Source: Candidatus Nanosynbacter lyticus (GTDB lineage: Bacteria > Patescibacteriota > Saccharimonadia > Saccharimonadales > Saccharimonadaceae). Taken from it: a stretch of 32,000 nucleotides of DNA. The stretch lies in assembly GCF_030253515.1 (NCBI RefSeq), contig NZ_CP124549.1, forward strand, positions 600,001 to 632,000. Direction: 5' to 3'. The notes beneath the pieces are model-generated. The model made no database searches and was not told where the DNA came from. It saw nothing but the letters and a program-made list of their open reading frames with translations. Position numbers and translations under genes: made by a program. This document shows, one piece after another, positions 7,887 through 17,560 of the stretch (position 1 is the stretch's first letter; the number at the start of each line of letters is the position of its first letter).

Positions 7887-8571
7887 ATATTATTTCAGTC
7901 AACTCGCCGCACCCGTTGATACACGCCGTGATTTCTCGCAAAAAACTCTTGTACTTTTTTGGCTCATCACGCATCTCGTCGAGCGTACGCCAGGCATTTC
8001 TGCCGCCCTCAAACTGTACGGCCAATTTGCCTGAAAATACCTTGCAAAACATCAGGTGAAAGATCTTATCTTCGATAATTTCACCTGTTTGCGCATGGCG
8101 CACACATTCATGGTACACCCCGCGATGAACAAATTCACCCCGTAAGCCCGTCTCCTCCGTCAATTCACGCGAGGCCGCATTGACGATTGACTCGGCCCAC
8201 CGCACTTTGCCAGTAGGCGCACCCCAAAACCCATAGTAGGGGTGCTTGAGCCGCTGCTGCAACAAATACTGTTTTTCTCCAGCATGCTCACGCTCGATAA
8301 CGAGCATAACTGCCACCTTTGGCTGCCGCTCAATAACACCGGCATCAGTATCAAGCTTATTCGCGTACTCCTTACCCTTGACCGAGAGGCAGTACCCGCC
8401 GTCGACTTTCTGCACATAACCTAGCTCAACGAGCCGTTTGATGTGAAATTTAATATGATCGCTTTCCAGACCGCTTGCTTTTTGTAGTGTTGCGAAATTG
8501 GCCGCTGGCAAAAATAACAATTCCCGCAAAATTTTCGTCTGTGCCTCATGGATCTTTGCTTCAAAACTCAT
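7861..8571 (-). CDS. N-terminal winged-helix + C-terminal Nudix hydrolase fusion protein
   Basis: 236 aa. wHTH region (ATLQKASGLESDHIKFHIKRLVELGYV) followed by an intact Nudix box GKVRWAESIVNAASRELTEETGL (GX5EX7REUXEEXGU). AAGGAGG lies 5 nt before ATG8571. Confidence 0.85.
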   Translation of the reverse strand: MSFEAKIHEAQTKILRELLFLPAANFATLQKASGLESDHIKFHIKRLVELGYVQKVDGGYCLSVKGKEYANKLDTDAGVIERQPKVAVMLVIEREHAGEKQYLLQQRLKHPYYGFWGAPTGKVRWAESIVNAASRELTEETGLRGEFVHRGVYHECVRHAQTGEIIEDKIFHLMFCKVFSGKLAVQFEGGRNAWRTLDEMRDEPKKYKSFLREITACINGCGELTEIIYEYGNAEF

Positions 8572-8608
8572 ATCGCCTCCTTTGGCTTTAGTGTAGCGCG
8601 ATCGGATT

Positions 8609-8637
8609 AGAAAAACTAGGGAAGTCGACTTCCCTAG
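8609..8637 (-). terminator. intrinsic terminator downstream of def
   Basis: Perfect 22-nt palindrome CTAGGGAAGTCGACTTCCCTAG (8616-8637), followed on the minus strand by TTTTTCT. Confidence 0.75.
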
Positions 8638-8703
8638 TGTAGAGGCGTAGACGTGTCACGCTTCTCTCATAGAATCAGAGATTAGATAATCTCAATAGCT
8701 ACG

Positions 8704-9282
8704 TCATTCCTGAGTACTGTTAGTTGACGCTCTGCGGATCGCCAGTTCAGCCAGAGCAGCCTTCTCTGTCTGCGGCCCACTTTCTATTCTGTCTGTAAAA
8801 AAGATACCGTTCAAATGATCTGTTTCGTGCTGGATAACCCAAGCATACATACCATCAAAGGCCTGTTCATGCGTCTCGCCCTGCTCATCTGTCCAGCGCA
8901 ACGTAACCTCAGGGTAACGCGTGGTAAATGTCGTTTCAGAATCACCCGTCACTCCGCTCAGGCAGCCCTCTGGATTCAAGCTCTTCACAGGTTCACCGCT
9001 GTATTCAACGATCTTGGGGTTAATTGCCACGAGCCGAAATGGCTCGACTTTTGCATCCTCAGGCGGCCGCACATCAATGATAAAGATTGCGAGATCGCTC
9101 CCAATTTGATTAGCGGCGATACCTACGCCTCCGGGACCCTGTGAACGCAGCGTCTCGAGCATATCTGTTATGGTCTGTTGCACATGATCGCTCCCTACGT
9201 CCTCATGTTCGACCGGTATTGCTTCTTGCGTTAGTATTTTACGGCCACCTTCAGTAAAAAAATTTACAATTTCGCGTTTCAT
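8704..9282 (-). CDS. def: peptide deformylase
   Basis: 192 aa with the three PDF motifs GIAANQIG, EGCLS and HETDHLNG. Confidence 0.92.
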   Translation of the reverse strand: MKREIVNFFTEGGRKILTQEAIPVEHEDVGSDHVQQTITDMLETLRSQGPGGVGIAANQIGSDLAIFIIDVRPPEDAKVEPFRLVAINPKIVEYSGEPVKSLNPEGCLSGVTGDSETTFTTRYPEVTLRWTDEQGETHEQAFDGMYAWVIQHETDHLNGIFFTDRIESGPQTEKAALAELAIRRASTNSTQE

Positions 9283-9288
9283 GTTTTT

Positions 9289-9297
9289 ATTATACCA
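9289..9297 (-). promoter_or_regulatory. extended -10 promoter (TGGTATAAT) of def, leaderless geometry
   Basis: Minus strand reads TGGTATAAT-AAAAAC-ATG9282. Confidence 0.6.
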
Positions 9298-9353
9298 TAT
9301 TTATTGGGTAATAAATGGTAAGACCGTCACAACATTGACGGTTCTTCCATCAG

Positions 9354-9383
9354 TTGACAGCCAACCCACCTCTGTTATACAAT
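9354..9383 (+). promoter_or_regulatory. sigma70-type promoter of the ABC exporter gene (TTGACA-18-TACAAT)
   Basis: TTGACA at 9354-9359, an 18-nt spacer, then TACAAT at 9378-9383. It would give a leader of about 100 nt ending in AAGGAG-7nt-TTG9492. Confidence 0.5.
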
Positions 9384-9491
9384 GAGATACATCATTACCG
9401 TGAGTCTTGGTCACCCAAGTCCACCATACACCATAGTGGACTGTAGATGACTTATCTTTGTATTAAAATATAAATTATAAGGAGTTCTACC

Positions 9492-11255
9492 TTGCGACAA
9501 CAACACGCAAAAACAACATTACAATTACTATGGCGAGCATCACGTCCATACAAATGGCGGCGCAACCTTGCTCTCATCACAGCGACACTAACCTTAGCGG
9601 TAGGCACAATTGTCGGGCCACTGATTATCGCACAGCTCCTGGATATGATTCAACATGGTCAGCTGCAGACTGACTCTGTGTGGACATTGGTAATTTTCTA
9701 TGGCATAAGTCAGCTATGGTCAGAGATTATTGGGTGGCGGATAGTACTATATTTGATGTGGACACTCGAAACTGCTATGCAGCGCGATATCGCAAACAAG
9801 GTATTCGCCAAGCTAGCTGGCGAGACCATGTTTTTTCACTCCAATAAATTTGGTGGCTCGCTCGTCAGCAAAAACAGCAAGCTCAGTAGCTGTGTTGAGC
9901 GGTTTTGGGATGAGCTAGTGTGGGCAGTGCTGCCGCTGGTCATCTCACTCACCGGATCAATTGTCATTCTAGCAATGCTCCTCTGGCAATATGCACTGTT
10001 TCTGTTCATATTCTCGATTGTCTTCGGTATAGCCGTCTTCTTTGGGTCACGCCCAATGGCCAAATTAAGCCAGCGTGAAGCAGAGGCCAGCAACAAGGTG
10101 AGCGGCAACCTCGCTGACATGGTGTCAAATGTACTTGCTGTCAAGTCATCCGGCGCTGAAAAAATCGAGCAGCAGCGATTTGATAAAACGAATCATGCAT
10201 GGCGCAAGGCTAGCCTAGCCACTATGCGAGGATTTCTCACTGTCAGCAGTGTTTACTCAACGATAAACACCAGCATCCGAATCGGTGCCATCGTGTTCGC
10301 TATTTATGCAGCACAGCATAATATCGTTTCGGTCGCAGCAGTGTACTTAATCATCACCTATACTGGCAGCGTCGCCCGTGAGCTGTGGAATATGAATAGC
10401 ATTATGCGCAATTATAACCGGATCATTGGCGACGCCCATGAGATGGTTGAGATATTACACACACCAACATCACTTGTTGATAAGAGTGATAAAAAGCTTC
10501 ATGTTGATCGCGGTGTCATTGATTTTGATGCCGTGACCTTTACGCATGACGAAGGCAAGGGGGCGATGCTATTTCGCAACTTTTCACTGCATATTACGCC
10601 AGGCGAAAAGGTCGGGCTGGTTGGCTCTAGTGGTTCGGGCAAGACGACTCTGACGAAATTACTGCTGAGATTTGCCGACATCGACTCGGGCACAATCATG
10701 ATTGACGAGCAGAACATTGCCGAGGTCACCCAGGCCAGTCTTCGTTCGCAGATCGCTTACGTGCCACAAGAGCCGCTACTCTTTCACCGTTCGGTGCGCG
10801 AGAACATTGCCTACGGCAAGGCTAATGCCACCGACGCTGAGATTGAACAGGCAGCCAAAAAGGCGGGGGCCTATGATTTTATCATCAAGCTGCAGGATGG
10901 ATTTAACACACTGGTTGGTGAGCGCGGCATCAAGTTGTCGGGTGGACAGCGCCAGCGCATCGCTATCGCTCGAGCCATCGTGAAAGATGCACCGATCTTG
11001 GTCCTCGACGAGGCGACCTCGGCGCTTGATTCTGAGTCAGAAGTTCTGATCCAAAAATCACTCAAGACACTGATGCAAAACCGTACCTCAATCGTCATCG
11101 CTCATCGACTTTCAACGATTGCAAAGCTTGATCGAATCATCGTGATGCATAATGGCAAGATAATCGAGGATGGATCGCATGACCAGCTCCTTAAGCACGG
11201 CGGCCACTACGCGAAACTGTGGCAGCATCAATCTGGCGGCTTTATTGACGCCTAA
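9492..11255 (+). CDS. ABC exporter, fused permease/ATPase (MsbA/multidrug type)
   Basis: 587 aa. Six N-terminal TM helices, Walker A GSSGSGKTT, signature LSGGQRQR, Walker B ILVLDEATSALD. TTG start with AAGGAG 7 nt upstream. Confidence 0.9.
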   Translation: MRQQHAKTTLQLLWRASRPYKWRRNLALITATLTLAVGTIVGPLIIAQLLDMIQHGQLQTDSVWTLVIFYGISQLWSEIIGWRIVLYLMWTLETAMQRDIANKVFAKLAGETMFFHSNKFGGSLVSKNSKLSSCVERFWDELVWAVLPLVISLTGSIVILAMLLWQYALFLFIFSIVFGIAVFFGSRPMAKLSQREAEASNKVSGNLADMVSNVLAVKSSGAEKIEQQRFDKTNHAWRKASLATMRGFLTVSSVYSTINTSIRIGAIVFAIYAAQHNIVSVAAVYLIITYTGSVARELWNMNSIMRNYNRIIGDAHEMVEILHTPTSLVDKSDKKLHVDRGVIDFDAVTFTHDEGKGAMLFRNFSLHITPGEKVGLVGSSGSGKTTLTKLLLRFADIDSGTIMIDEQNIAEVTQASLRSQIAYVPQEPLLFHRSVRENIAYGKANATDAEIEQAAKKAGAYDFIIKLQDGFNTLVGERGIKLSGGQRQRIAIARAIVKDAPILVLDEATSALDSESEVLIQKSLKTLMQNRTSIVIAHRLSTIAKLDRIIVMHNGKIIEDGSHDQLLKHGGHYAKLWQHQSGGFIDA

Positions 11256-11277
11256 CCAGCACAGTCTCTAAGTAGTA

Positions 11278-11286
11278 TGCTATAAT
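11278..11286 (+). promoter_or_regulatory. extended -10 promoter (TGCTATAAT) of the DedA gene
   Basis: The TATAAT box overlaps the ORF-track ATG11285, so that ATG is unlikely to be transcribed. The in-frame ATG11297 lies 10 nt after the box. Confidence 0.5.
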
Positions 11287-11296
11287 GCATAATGAT

Positions 11297-11953
11297 ATGA
11301 TGCACGCGTTTATTGATTTTATTGTTCATTTTGGTGTTGTCGCGATTTTGCTGGTTGTCTTTGCCGAATCAGGCCTACTCTTTGGTTTCATTTTCCCGGG
11401 TGACAGCCTGCTGTTTACGGCTGGCTATATGGTACAGCAACATATTCTGCCAATTGATATTCATTTCTTTGCACTACTACTCTCGTTCATGGCTATCCTT
11501 GGCGATAGCGTTGGCTACGCATTTGGACATAAAGTTGGCCGTAAATTATTTGAACGCAAAAACTCTCGCTTCTTTAAGAAGAAATATCTCGTGCAGGCCG
11601 AAAAGTTTTACGAAAAGCATGGCTCACTTACTGTGGTGCTGGCGCGGTTTATACCGATCGTGCGCACATTTGCACCAATCGTGGCTGGCGCTAGCAAGAT
11701 GCACTACCGAACCTTTATCGTCTTTAATATCATTGGCGGCGTTATTTGGGCCACGCTTTTCACCTACCTCGGATTCTTTGCTGGCAAGGCGCTCACCGAC
11801 GCTGGTATTAATATTGAGGTCGCTGCACTAATTATCATCTTCTTGTCAGTGCTGCCAATGATCATTCACGCCCTCAAGCAGGAGCATACTCGCGCGGCGT
11901 TGCGCCAACAAGTATTAGTCCTACTCGGCAAGACTCGCCGCAAAAAGCAATAA
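11297..11953 (+). CDS. DedA/SNARE-associated family membrane protein
   Basis: Motifs FPGDSLLFTAG and VVLARFIPIVRTFAPIVAG are typical of DedA. Start moved from 11285 to 11297 because of the promoter position (uncertain by 4 codons). Confidence 0.85.
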   Translation: MMHAFIDFIVHFGVVAILLVVFAESGLLFGFIFPGDSLLFTAGYMVQQHILPIDIHFFALLLSFMAILGDSVGYAFGHKVGRKLFERKNSRFFKKKYLVQAEKFYEKHGSLTVVLARFIPIVRTFAPIVAGASKMHYRTFIVFNIIGGVIWATLFTYLGFFAGKALTDAGINIEVAALIIIFLSVLPMIIHALKQEHTRAALRQQVLVLLGKTRRKKQ

Positions 11954-11995
11954 GCATTCATGATGAAGCCTGCTCGTTAGTAGCTATACGTCCAA

Positions 11996-14830
11996 CTACA
12001 GCAAACTTTTCAGATACGTACCGGTAAATGATTCTGGCACGTTGGCGACTTCTTCTGGCGTGCCGCTCGCTACCACCGTACCGCCGCCGAGACCACCCTC
12101 AGGCCCCATATCGATAATCCAGTCGGCCGATTTAATCACATCCAGATTGTGCTCAATAATAATCATGCTGTTACCGCCGTCAACCAGCTGCTGCAAAATT
12201 CCCAGCAGCCGCTTAACATCGGCAGAATGTAGCCCAGTTGTCGGCTCGTCTAAAATATACATCGTCTTGCCCGTCGAACGCTTTGAAAGCTCCGTTGCCA
12301 GCTTGATACGCTGCGCCTCGCCGCCCGAAAAGGTGGTTGCTGGCTGACCGAGCTTGATATAGCCAAGACCAACCTCGACCAGTGTCTGTAATTTCCGAGC
12401 GATATTAGGCACGCTATCAAAGAAATTCGCCGCCTGCTCGACCGTCATATCGAGTACATCAGCAATGGTCTTATTTTTATACTTAATTTCCAGTGCCTCA
12501 CGATTGTAACGCTTACCGTGGCATTCGTCGCACTGGACGTAGACATCCGGCAAGAAATGCATTTCAATCTTGATCATACCGTCGCCTTGACAATTTTCGC
12601 AGCGACCGCCCTTGACATTAAAACTGAACCGACCAGCTTTATAACCGCGGACATTAGCCTCAGGCGTACTAGCAAACAGCTCGCGAATTGGCGTAAAAAT
12701 ACCAGTGTAGGTCGCTGGATTAGAGCGCGGTGTGCGGCCAATTGGTGACTGATCGATGACGATAGCCTTATCCAACTGCTTTATTCCCTCAATTTTATCG
12801 TGTGCGCCAGGTACGTCACTAGCCCGGTTGAGTCGTGCCGCTAATTCCTTGGCGACAATATCATTAACTAGCGTCGACTTACCGCTGCCTGAGACACCCG
12901 ACACCACCGTCATCAGACCCAACGGAAATGCCACATCAATTTGTTTCAAATTATTCTCACGAGCGCCGCGGACGATTAGTTGACGGCTCGCATCAATCTG
13001 GCGGCGGTGTTTTGGTACGGCAATTTTTTCTACACCCGACAGATACTGCCCGGTTATACTATCCGTGCATTTAGCCACCTCATTTGGCGCACCCAGCGCC
13101 ACCACCGTGCCGCCATGAACACCAGCACCCGGCCCCATGTCAATCAAAAAGTCGCTCTGGCGAATCGTATCCTCGTCATGCTCGACGACCAGCACCGTAT
13201 TACCAAGGTCACGCAGGTGCTTAAGCGTGGCAATCAGCCGATCATTATCGCGCTGATGTAGGCCAATTGATGGCTCATCCAGCACATACAGCACACCCTG
13301 CAAACCGCTGCCAATCTGCGTTGCCAGCCGAATTCGCTGCGCCTCGCCGCCGCTCAGTGTATTGGCGGCGCGCCCTAACTCCAAGTAATTCAGCCCGACA
13401 TTACTCATAAACCCGAGGCGGGCGGTAATCTCTTTCAAAATAAGCCGGGCGATCATCGCCTGCTGCTCATTCAATGTTAACTTGTGAGTGAACAAGTCAA
13501 GCGCATCATCAACGCCAAGGTCGCAAATATCCATGATATTCAGACCCTGCACCGTTACTGCTAGGACAACCGGCTTCAGCCGCGCGCCGCCGCAAACATA
13601 ACAATCCCGCTGGCGCATAAACCGCTCAATGTCCTTGCGCATAAATTCGCTATCGGTTTCTTTCCAGCGCCGCTCCAAATTGGGAATCACCCCTTCATAG
13701 GTTGTATCATAATGCCGCCCATTGCCAAGCTGCACTGGATATTTCTGATCGCCCGTGCCGTAGAGTACTTTCTGGCGCGCCTCATCAGACAACTGCCCAA
13801 CTGGCGTCCGAATACTGAAACCATGCGCCTCAGCTACCGCCGAAATCTTGCGCATGTAAAAATTATCGACATTGATCCGGTTGTATGGCCGAATTGCCCC
13901 CTCGGCAATCGTCAGATTCTCGTTCAGTACTAAATGAGGATCAACCTCCAAGCGACTGCCAAGTCCAGTACAACTCGGACAGGCCCCTTGCGGTGCATTA
14001 AAACTAAACAGACGCGGCTCAAGCTCTGGGATCTCCTCATCCGGATGATCAACACAGGCATATCGCTGCGAGAACGTCTTCAGTTCATCCGTATCAGCAT
14101 CCAGCACCTCAACCACACCCTGGCCAAGCTCCAGCGCCTGCTCGACGCTCTGGCTCAACCGGCTAGTTAGGTCATTGTTCACCACTAGGCGATCAACCAC
14201 CAGCTCAATGCTATGCTTGTAACTTTTCTGTAATTGCGGAAACTCATCCAGCGCATACACCACCCCATCCACACGCACCCGGGCGTAACCTAACCGTTGA
14301 TACTGCTCTGGAATGTGTGCAAACTCGCCCTTCTTATTTTTAACAATTGGCGCGAGTAGCAACAATCGCTTGCCATCATATTGCTTGATAATCTCCTGGA
14401 TAATCGCCTCGGCTGTGCGGCGTGACACTGGCTTATGGCAGCGTGTGCCGTCTGGCTTGAGGGCCGGACAATGCGGCGTGCCAATCCGCGCGAACAAGAG
14501 GCGCAAATAATCATAAATCTCGGTCACCGTCGCCACGGTTGAACGCGGGTTACGGCTGGTTGATTTCTGGTCAATTGAAATCGCCGGACTCAGGCCCTCG
14601 ATACTATCAACATCCGGCTTATCCATAATGCCCAAAAATTGCCGCGCATAACTCGACAGACTCTCGACATAGCGACGCTGCCCCTCGGCGTAAATCGTAT
14701 CAAACGCTAGCGACGACTTACCACTACCACTGAGACCAGTGATCACCACTAATTTATCGCGCGGGATCTCCACGTCAATATTTTTCAGATTATGTTCACG
14801 GGCGCCCTTGACGCGAATTACCTCTGGCAT
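11996..14830 (-). CDS. uvrA: excinuclease ABC subunit A
   Basis: 944 aa from [24 protein letters not shown]. Two ABC ATPase modules ([18 protein letters not shown]) and Zn-finger Cys clusters. The ORF-track start at 14920 adds 30 non-conserved residues. Confidence 0.97.
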   Translation of the reverse strand: MPEVIRVKGAREHNLKNIDVEIPRDKLVVITGLSGSGKSSLAFDTIYAEGQRRYVESLSSYARQFLGIMDKPDVDSIEGLSPAISIDQKSTSRNPRSTVATVTEIYDYLRLLFARIGTPHCPALKPDGTRCHKPVSRRTAEAIIQEIIKQYDGKRLLLLAPIVKNKKGEFAHIPEQYQRLGYARVRVDGVVYALDEFPQLQKSYKHSIELVVDRLVVNNDLTSRLSQSVEQALELGQGVVEVLDADTDELKTFSQRYACVDHPDEEIPELEPRLFSFNAPQGACPSCTGLGSRLEVDPHLVLNENLTIAEGAIRPYNRINVDNFYMRKISAVAEAHGFSIRTPVGQLSDEARQKVLYGTGDQKYPVQLGNGRHYDTTYEGVIPNLERRWKETDSEFMRKDIERFMRQRDCYVCGGARLKPVVLAVTVQGLNIMDICDLGVDDALDLFTHKLTLNEQQAMIARLILKEITARLGFMSNVGLNYLELGRAANTLSGGEAQRIRLATQIGSGLQGVLYVLDEPSIGLHQRDNDRLIATLKHLRDLGNTVLVVEHDEDTIRQSDFLIDMGPGAGVHGGTVVALGAPNEVAKCTDSITGQYLSGVEKIAVPKHRRQIDASRQLIVRGARENNLKQIDVAFPLGLMTVVSGVSGSGKSTLVNDIVAKELAARLNRASDVPGAHDKIEGIKQLDKAIVIDQSPIGRTPRSNPATYTGIFTPIRELFASTPEANVRGYKAGRFSFNVKGGRCENCQGDGMIKIEMHFLPDVYVQCDECHGKRYNREALEIKYKNKTIADVLDMTVEQAANFFDSVPNIARKLQTLVEVGLGYIKLGQPATTFSGGEAQRIKLATELSKRSTGKTMYILDEPTTGLHSADVKRLLGILQQLVDGGNSMIIIEHNLDVIKSADWIIDMGPEGGLGGGTVVASGTPEEVANVPESFTGTYLKSLL

Positions 14831-14839
14831 ATCTGGTCT

Positions 14840-14845
14840 ATTATA
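14840..14845 (-). promoter_or_regulatory. -10 box TATAAT of uvrA
   Basis: Minus strand reads TATAAT-AGACCAGAT-ATG14830. A 9-nt gap with no SD. Confidence 0.45.
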
Positions 14846-14961
14846 CCGAATAGACATCCATTTTTCCAGTTGCAGCAGGCGAGATAATTTCCCCTGTCGC
14901 CACACTATAAATATATTCATAAAAACATATTAAGCTTATGATTGCAAATATGATAATCAGC

Positions 14962-14970
14962 TGTTATAGT
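14962..14970 (+). promoter_or_regulatory. extended -10 promoter (TGTTATAGT), leaderless geometry
   Basis: TGTTATAGT-AAAACAC-ATG14978. Confidence 0.5.
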
Positions 14971-14977
14971 AAAACAC

Positions 14978-15397
14978 ATGAAGAGGTTTGTGACCATCTG
15001 TGGAATTGCCGTTGCCGTCGCAACCTTATTTTACCTGACCCGCGAAGAGTGGTTTTCATTCATGGTTATCGGTAGACTTCCATTCACTGGTATCATTCTG
15101 CCGGCAGCTGTGATGATGGGCTTCTGGATGATCATTGTGCCGGTATGTATTATCTGGGCAAAATCGATTAGTACTGCATTTTGGCGTAGTATCGAGGTTA
15201 TCGGAGAGTTTGATCAGCGTCGCATTAATCGACAACTCCGTCTAGTAGCAAATTCTCGTCACGCAACAGCACAGCACGTCAGTCTAGCTATGGTTGCAGC
15301 GTGGCTCGTAATGACGCAACGTCATCTAGCACAAGCTGATGCCACTCCCAAGGTTGACGACCAATCTACAGCACGATTGGCCGTTGCAACAAACTAA
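14978..15397 (+). CDS. hypothetical membrane protein
   Basis: 139 aa with 2-3 N-terminal TM helices. No family recognised. Confidence 0.45.
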   Translation: MKRFVTICGIAVAVATLFYLTREEWFSFMVIGRLPFTGIILPAAVMMGFWMIIVPVCIIWAKSISTAFWRSIEVIGEFDQRRINRQLRLVANSRHATAQHVSLAMVAAWLVMTQRHLAQADATPKVDDQSTARLAVATN

Positions 15398-15455
15398 AGA
15401 CATCCCCGCCCCGCTTACTCAGTCTGATTTGCTTCTGGTGACGTCAGCTTCTTGA

Positions 15456-17560
15456 TCATTGGCAATATGATATAGATACGATAATGGCCATCGCTAATCC
15501 AGCACCAACAATCAAGCAATATAATGGTGTAATAACTGGCTTTAGGGAGGTTGGAAGGATGCTGATAAATACCAATCCTGTCCACACACCGATAGCACAC
15601 GAGAGTAGGGAGACACTCACTAACGGCACTAGCGATTCAAAGCCAACGAGGCGCTTTAGCTGACTGAGCTTCATCCCACCGAGCCGTAACGTAAACAGTG
15701 ATCTCCGTCGCTCCAAGAGTCCACCAATCGTCGATACAATTAAACTTGCTACGGCGACAAACAATGTCACACCCATACCAACATAGGCAAGATCGGCGAA
15801 GTTTTTGATGACTGGATTAATGGCTGGCCGCTTAGAATCAGCACCACCAACGACCCACATTGGATTGGCTGATTGTAGTCGCTCACCAACTAGGCCTCGC
15901 AATTGATCAACATCAACTGCATTTTGTAGAGTCACGAGATAATTAACGTTGCCCTTTGTTTCAACAGTATCCATCAATGTCACCGACTGCGTAACTGGCG
16001 CATCAAAATTGATGAGTGCAAATTGATCCGGACGAGCACCGCTTGGGCACGTATGCTCAGTGTATGATGCTAGATCGCTACACCGCATAGCATGGCCTTT
16101 TTCGAGAGGATATATTGCTGCACTATTTACAATATATTGCTGCCTATTAAGAGTTTGCTGCATTGACTGCGGTAGTGAATCACCAATAATTATCGCAGAG
16201 TTACCCTTACGCTGTGAGTAGCCATTATTATTAACTGATGATGCACTCAGCATTTCAATGCCACTAACTGCCGTCAGATAAAAACTCCCTGCAAATAGTG
16301 CCAAGACGACACCACTGACACTGCGGAATACAGCTCGCGAATGTACCGCGATACGCTTACTTGCGATCAGCACCAGACCGCTACGCGCCCACCGAGCGCA
16401 CCATCGTGCGATACAATTCGTCAGCCAGCCACCGGCCAATACCAGGCCAAACATAACAAGCATCACTCCCGCCGCGAGCACCATCATTGCTCCTAATGAA
16501 CTATCCGCTTGCCCATGAAGCCACTGATGTCCCGCAGGAGTCCAGGCCCAGGCAAAGATACCAAGACCTATTGCTAGTGGTAGTACTCGCCAAATACGCA
16601 ACTTCTTTACTTTTTCTTGCGTCCGGGCTACGCCAAGTGGTGAAATCTGTGCTCGCCGCATCCGCCGCCAGCTCACACCAATAGTTAACGCCAGTGTCAA
16701 TGCAATGATTAACAGATACTGTAGCCAGTTTAGCTGCAAATCAGCCGGCCAGAATCGTGCACCACCCATCACCCATCTCAAAATTCTGTAGCGGTGCCTG
16801 AAACAGCCAAAACGCTACGAGACCAATAACAACTCCGACAATTGAAGCTATAAGTGACTCGAGGAGAATCACTCGTGTCACTTGCTTTTTTGTGGCGCCA
16901 ATCAACCGCAATGCCGCATAGCGTTTCTCACGCTGTACGCCACCTAATTGTTTGGCGATGACCAGCCGTTGCATCAGTTTAGTATATATCGGTAAAGTAT
17001 GATGATTGCCCACGAGACTGAGCAACCTTATCCGTGGCGACAACTTCCTCAGTACTCACCCCTCGAATAAGCATCAGTGCGTCTGGACTTTGTAGGTACG
17101 CATCAGGGATCGTACCAAGATACTTTGTATGCTTGCCAAATCTATCAATAATCTTATCCTCGGGATGCTGGGCGACCCTCTCGGCCAGAGCTTTTGACAT
17201 ATAATATTCACCAGATGCTGGTGTTGGTAATTGAGCAAACTGGACCGACCCTTCTACGCCATAGAGTGACAGTACATCAATTTTTTTATCGCGCCATTTC
17301 GTCAAATTACCTAGCTGTACGTTTGACGCCTTTAGCGGCTTGACGGTGGTGTCTCGTTGTCGCTGCTGCGGTGCAGCATTCTTTGCTTGAAGTATAGCCG
17401 TATTAATAATCGTACGGTCGGTCCGTTTCAGTAGACCGTTTACACCGGCTACAAAATAACAAACCAACACTATACCAAGTGCGATAGCTGCCGATGTCAG
17501 CACGAGGCGGGCCATTGATTGGCGACCAGATTTACGAAGAAGCATCCAACTAATGCTCAT
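15456..17560 (-). pseudogene. FtsX/MacB-type ABC transporter permease with two FtsX domains, broken into three ORFs
   Basis: Collinear pieces 16979-17560, 16741-17043 and 15456-16781 lie in three different frames. FtsX hallmarks are REKRYAALRLIGATKKQ and RRRSLFTLRLGGMKLSQ. ATG17560 overlaps the ATPase stop (TAATG), with AGGAGG upstream. Confidence 0.75.

Noticed and set aside
9382-9450. 22-codon upstream ORF (MRYIITVSLGHPSPPYTIVDCR, containing a Pro-Pro stalling-type motif) as a leader peptide for the ABC exporter
   Set aside because: Its ATG overlaps the predicted TACAAT -10 box, so it would not be on the transcript from that promoter, and it has no RBS. Worth revisiting only if the TSS maps further upstream.
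11313-11831. 172-aa alternative-frame ORF inside dedA
   Set aside because: It lies on the same strand as a well-supported DedA reading frame and overlaps it. Its composition is Leu/Ser/Arg-rich, as expected for an off-frame translation.
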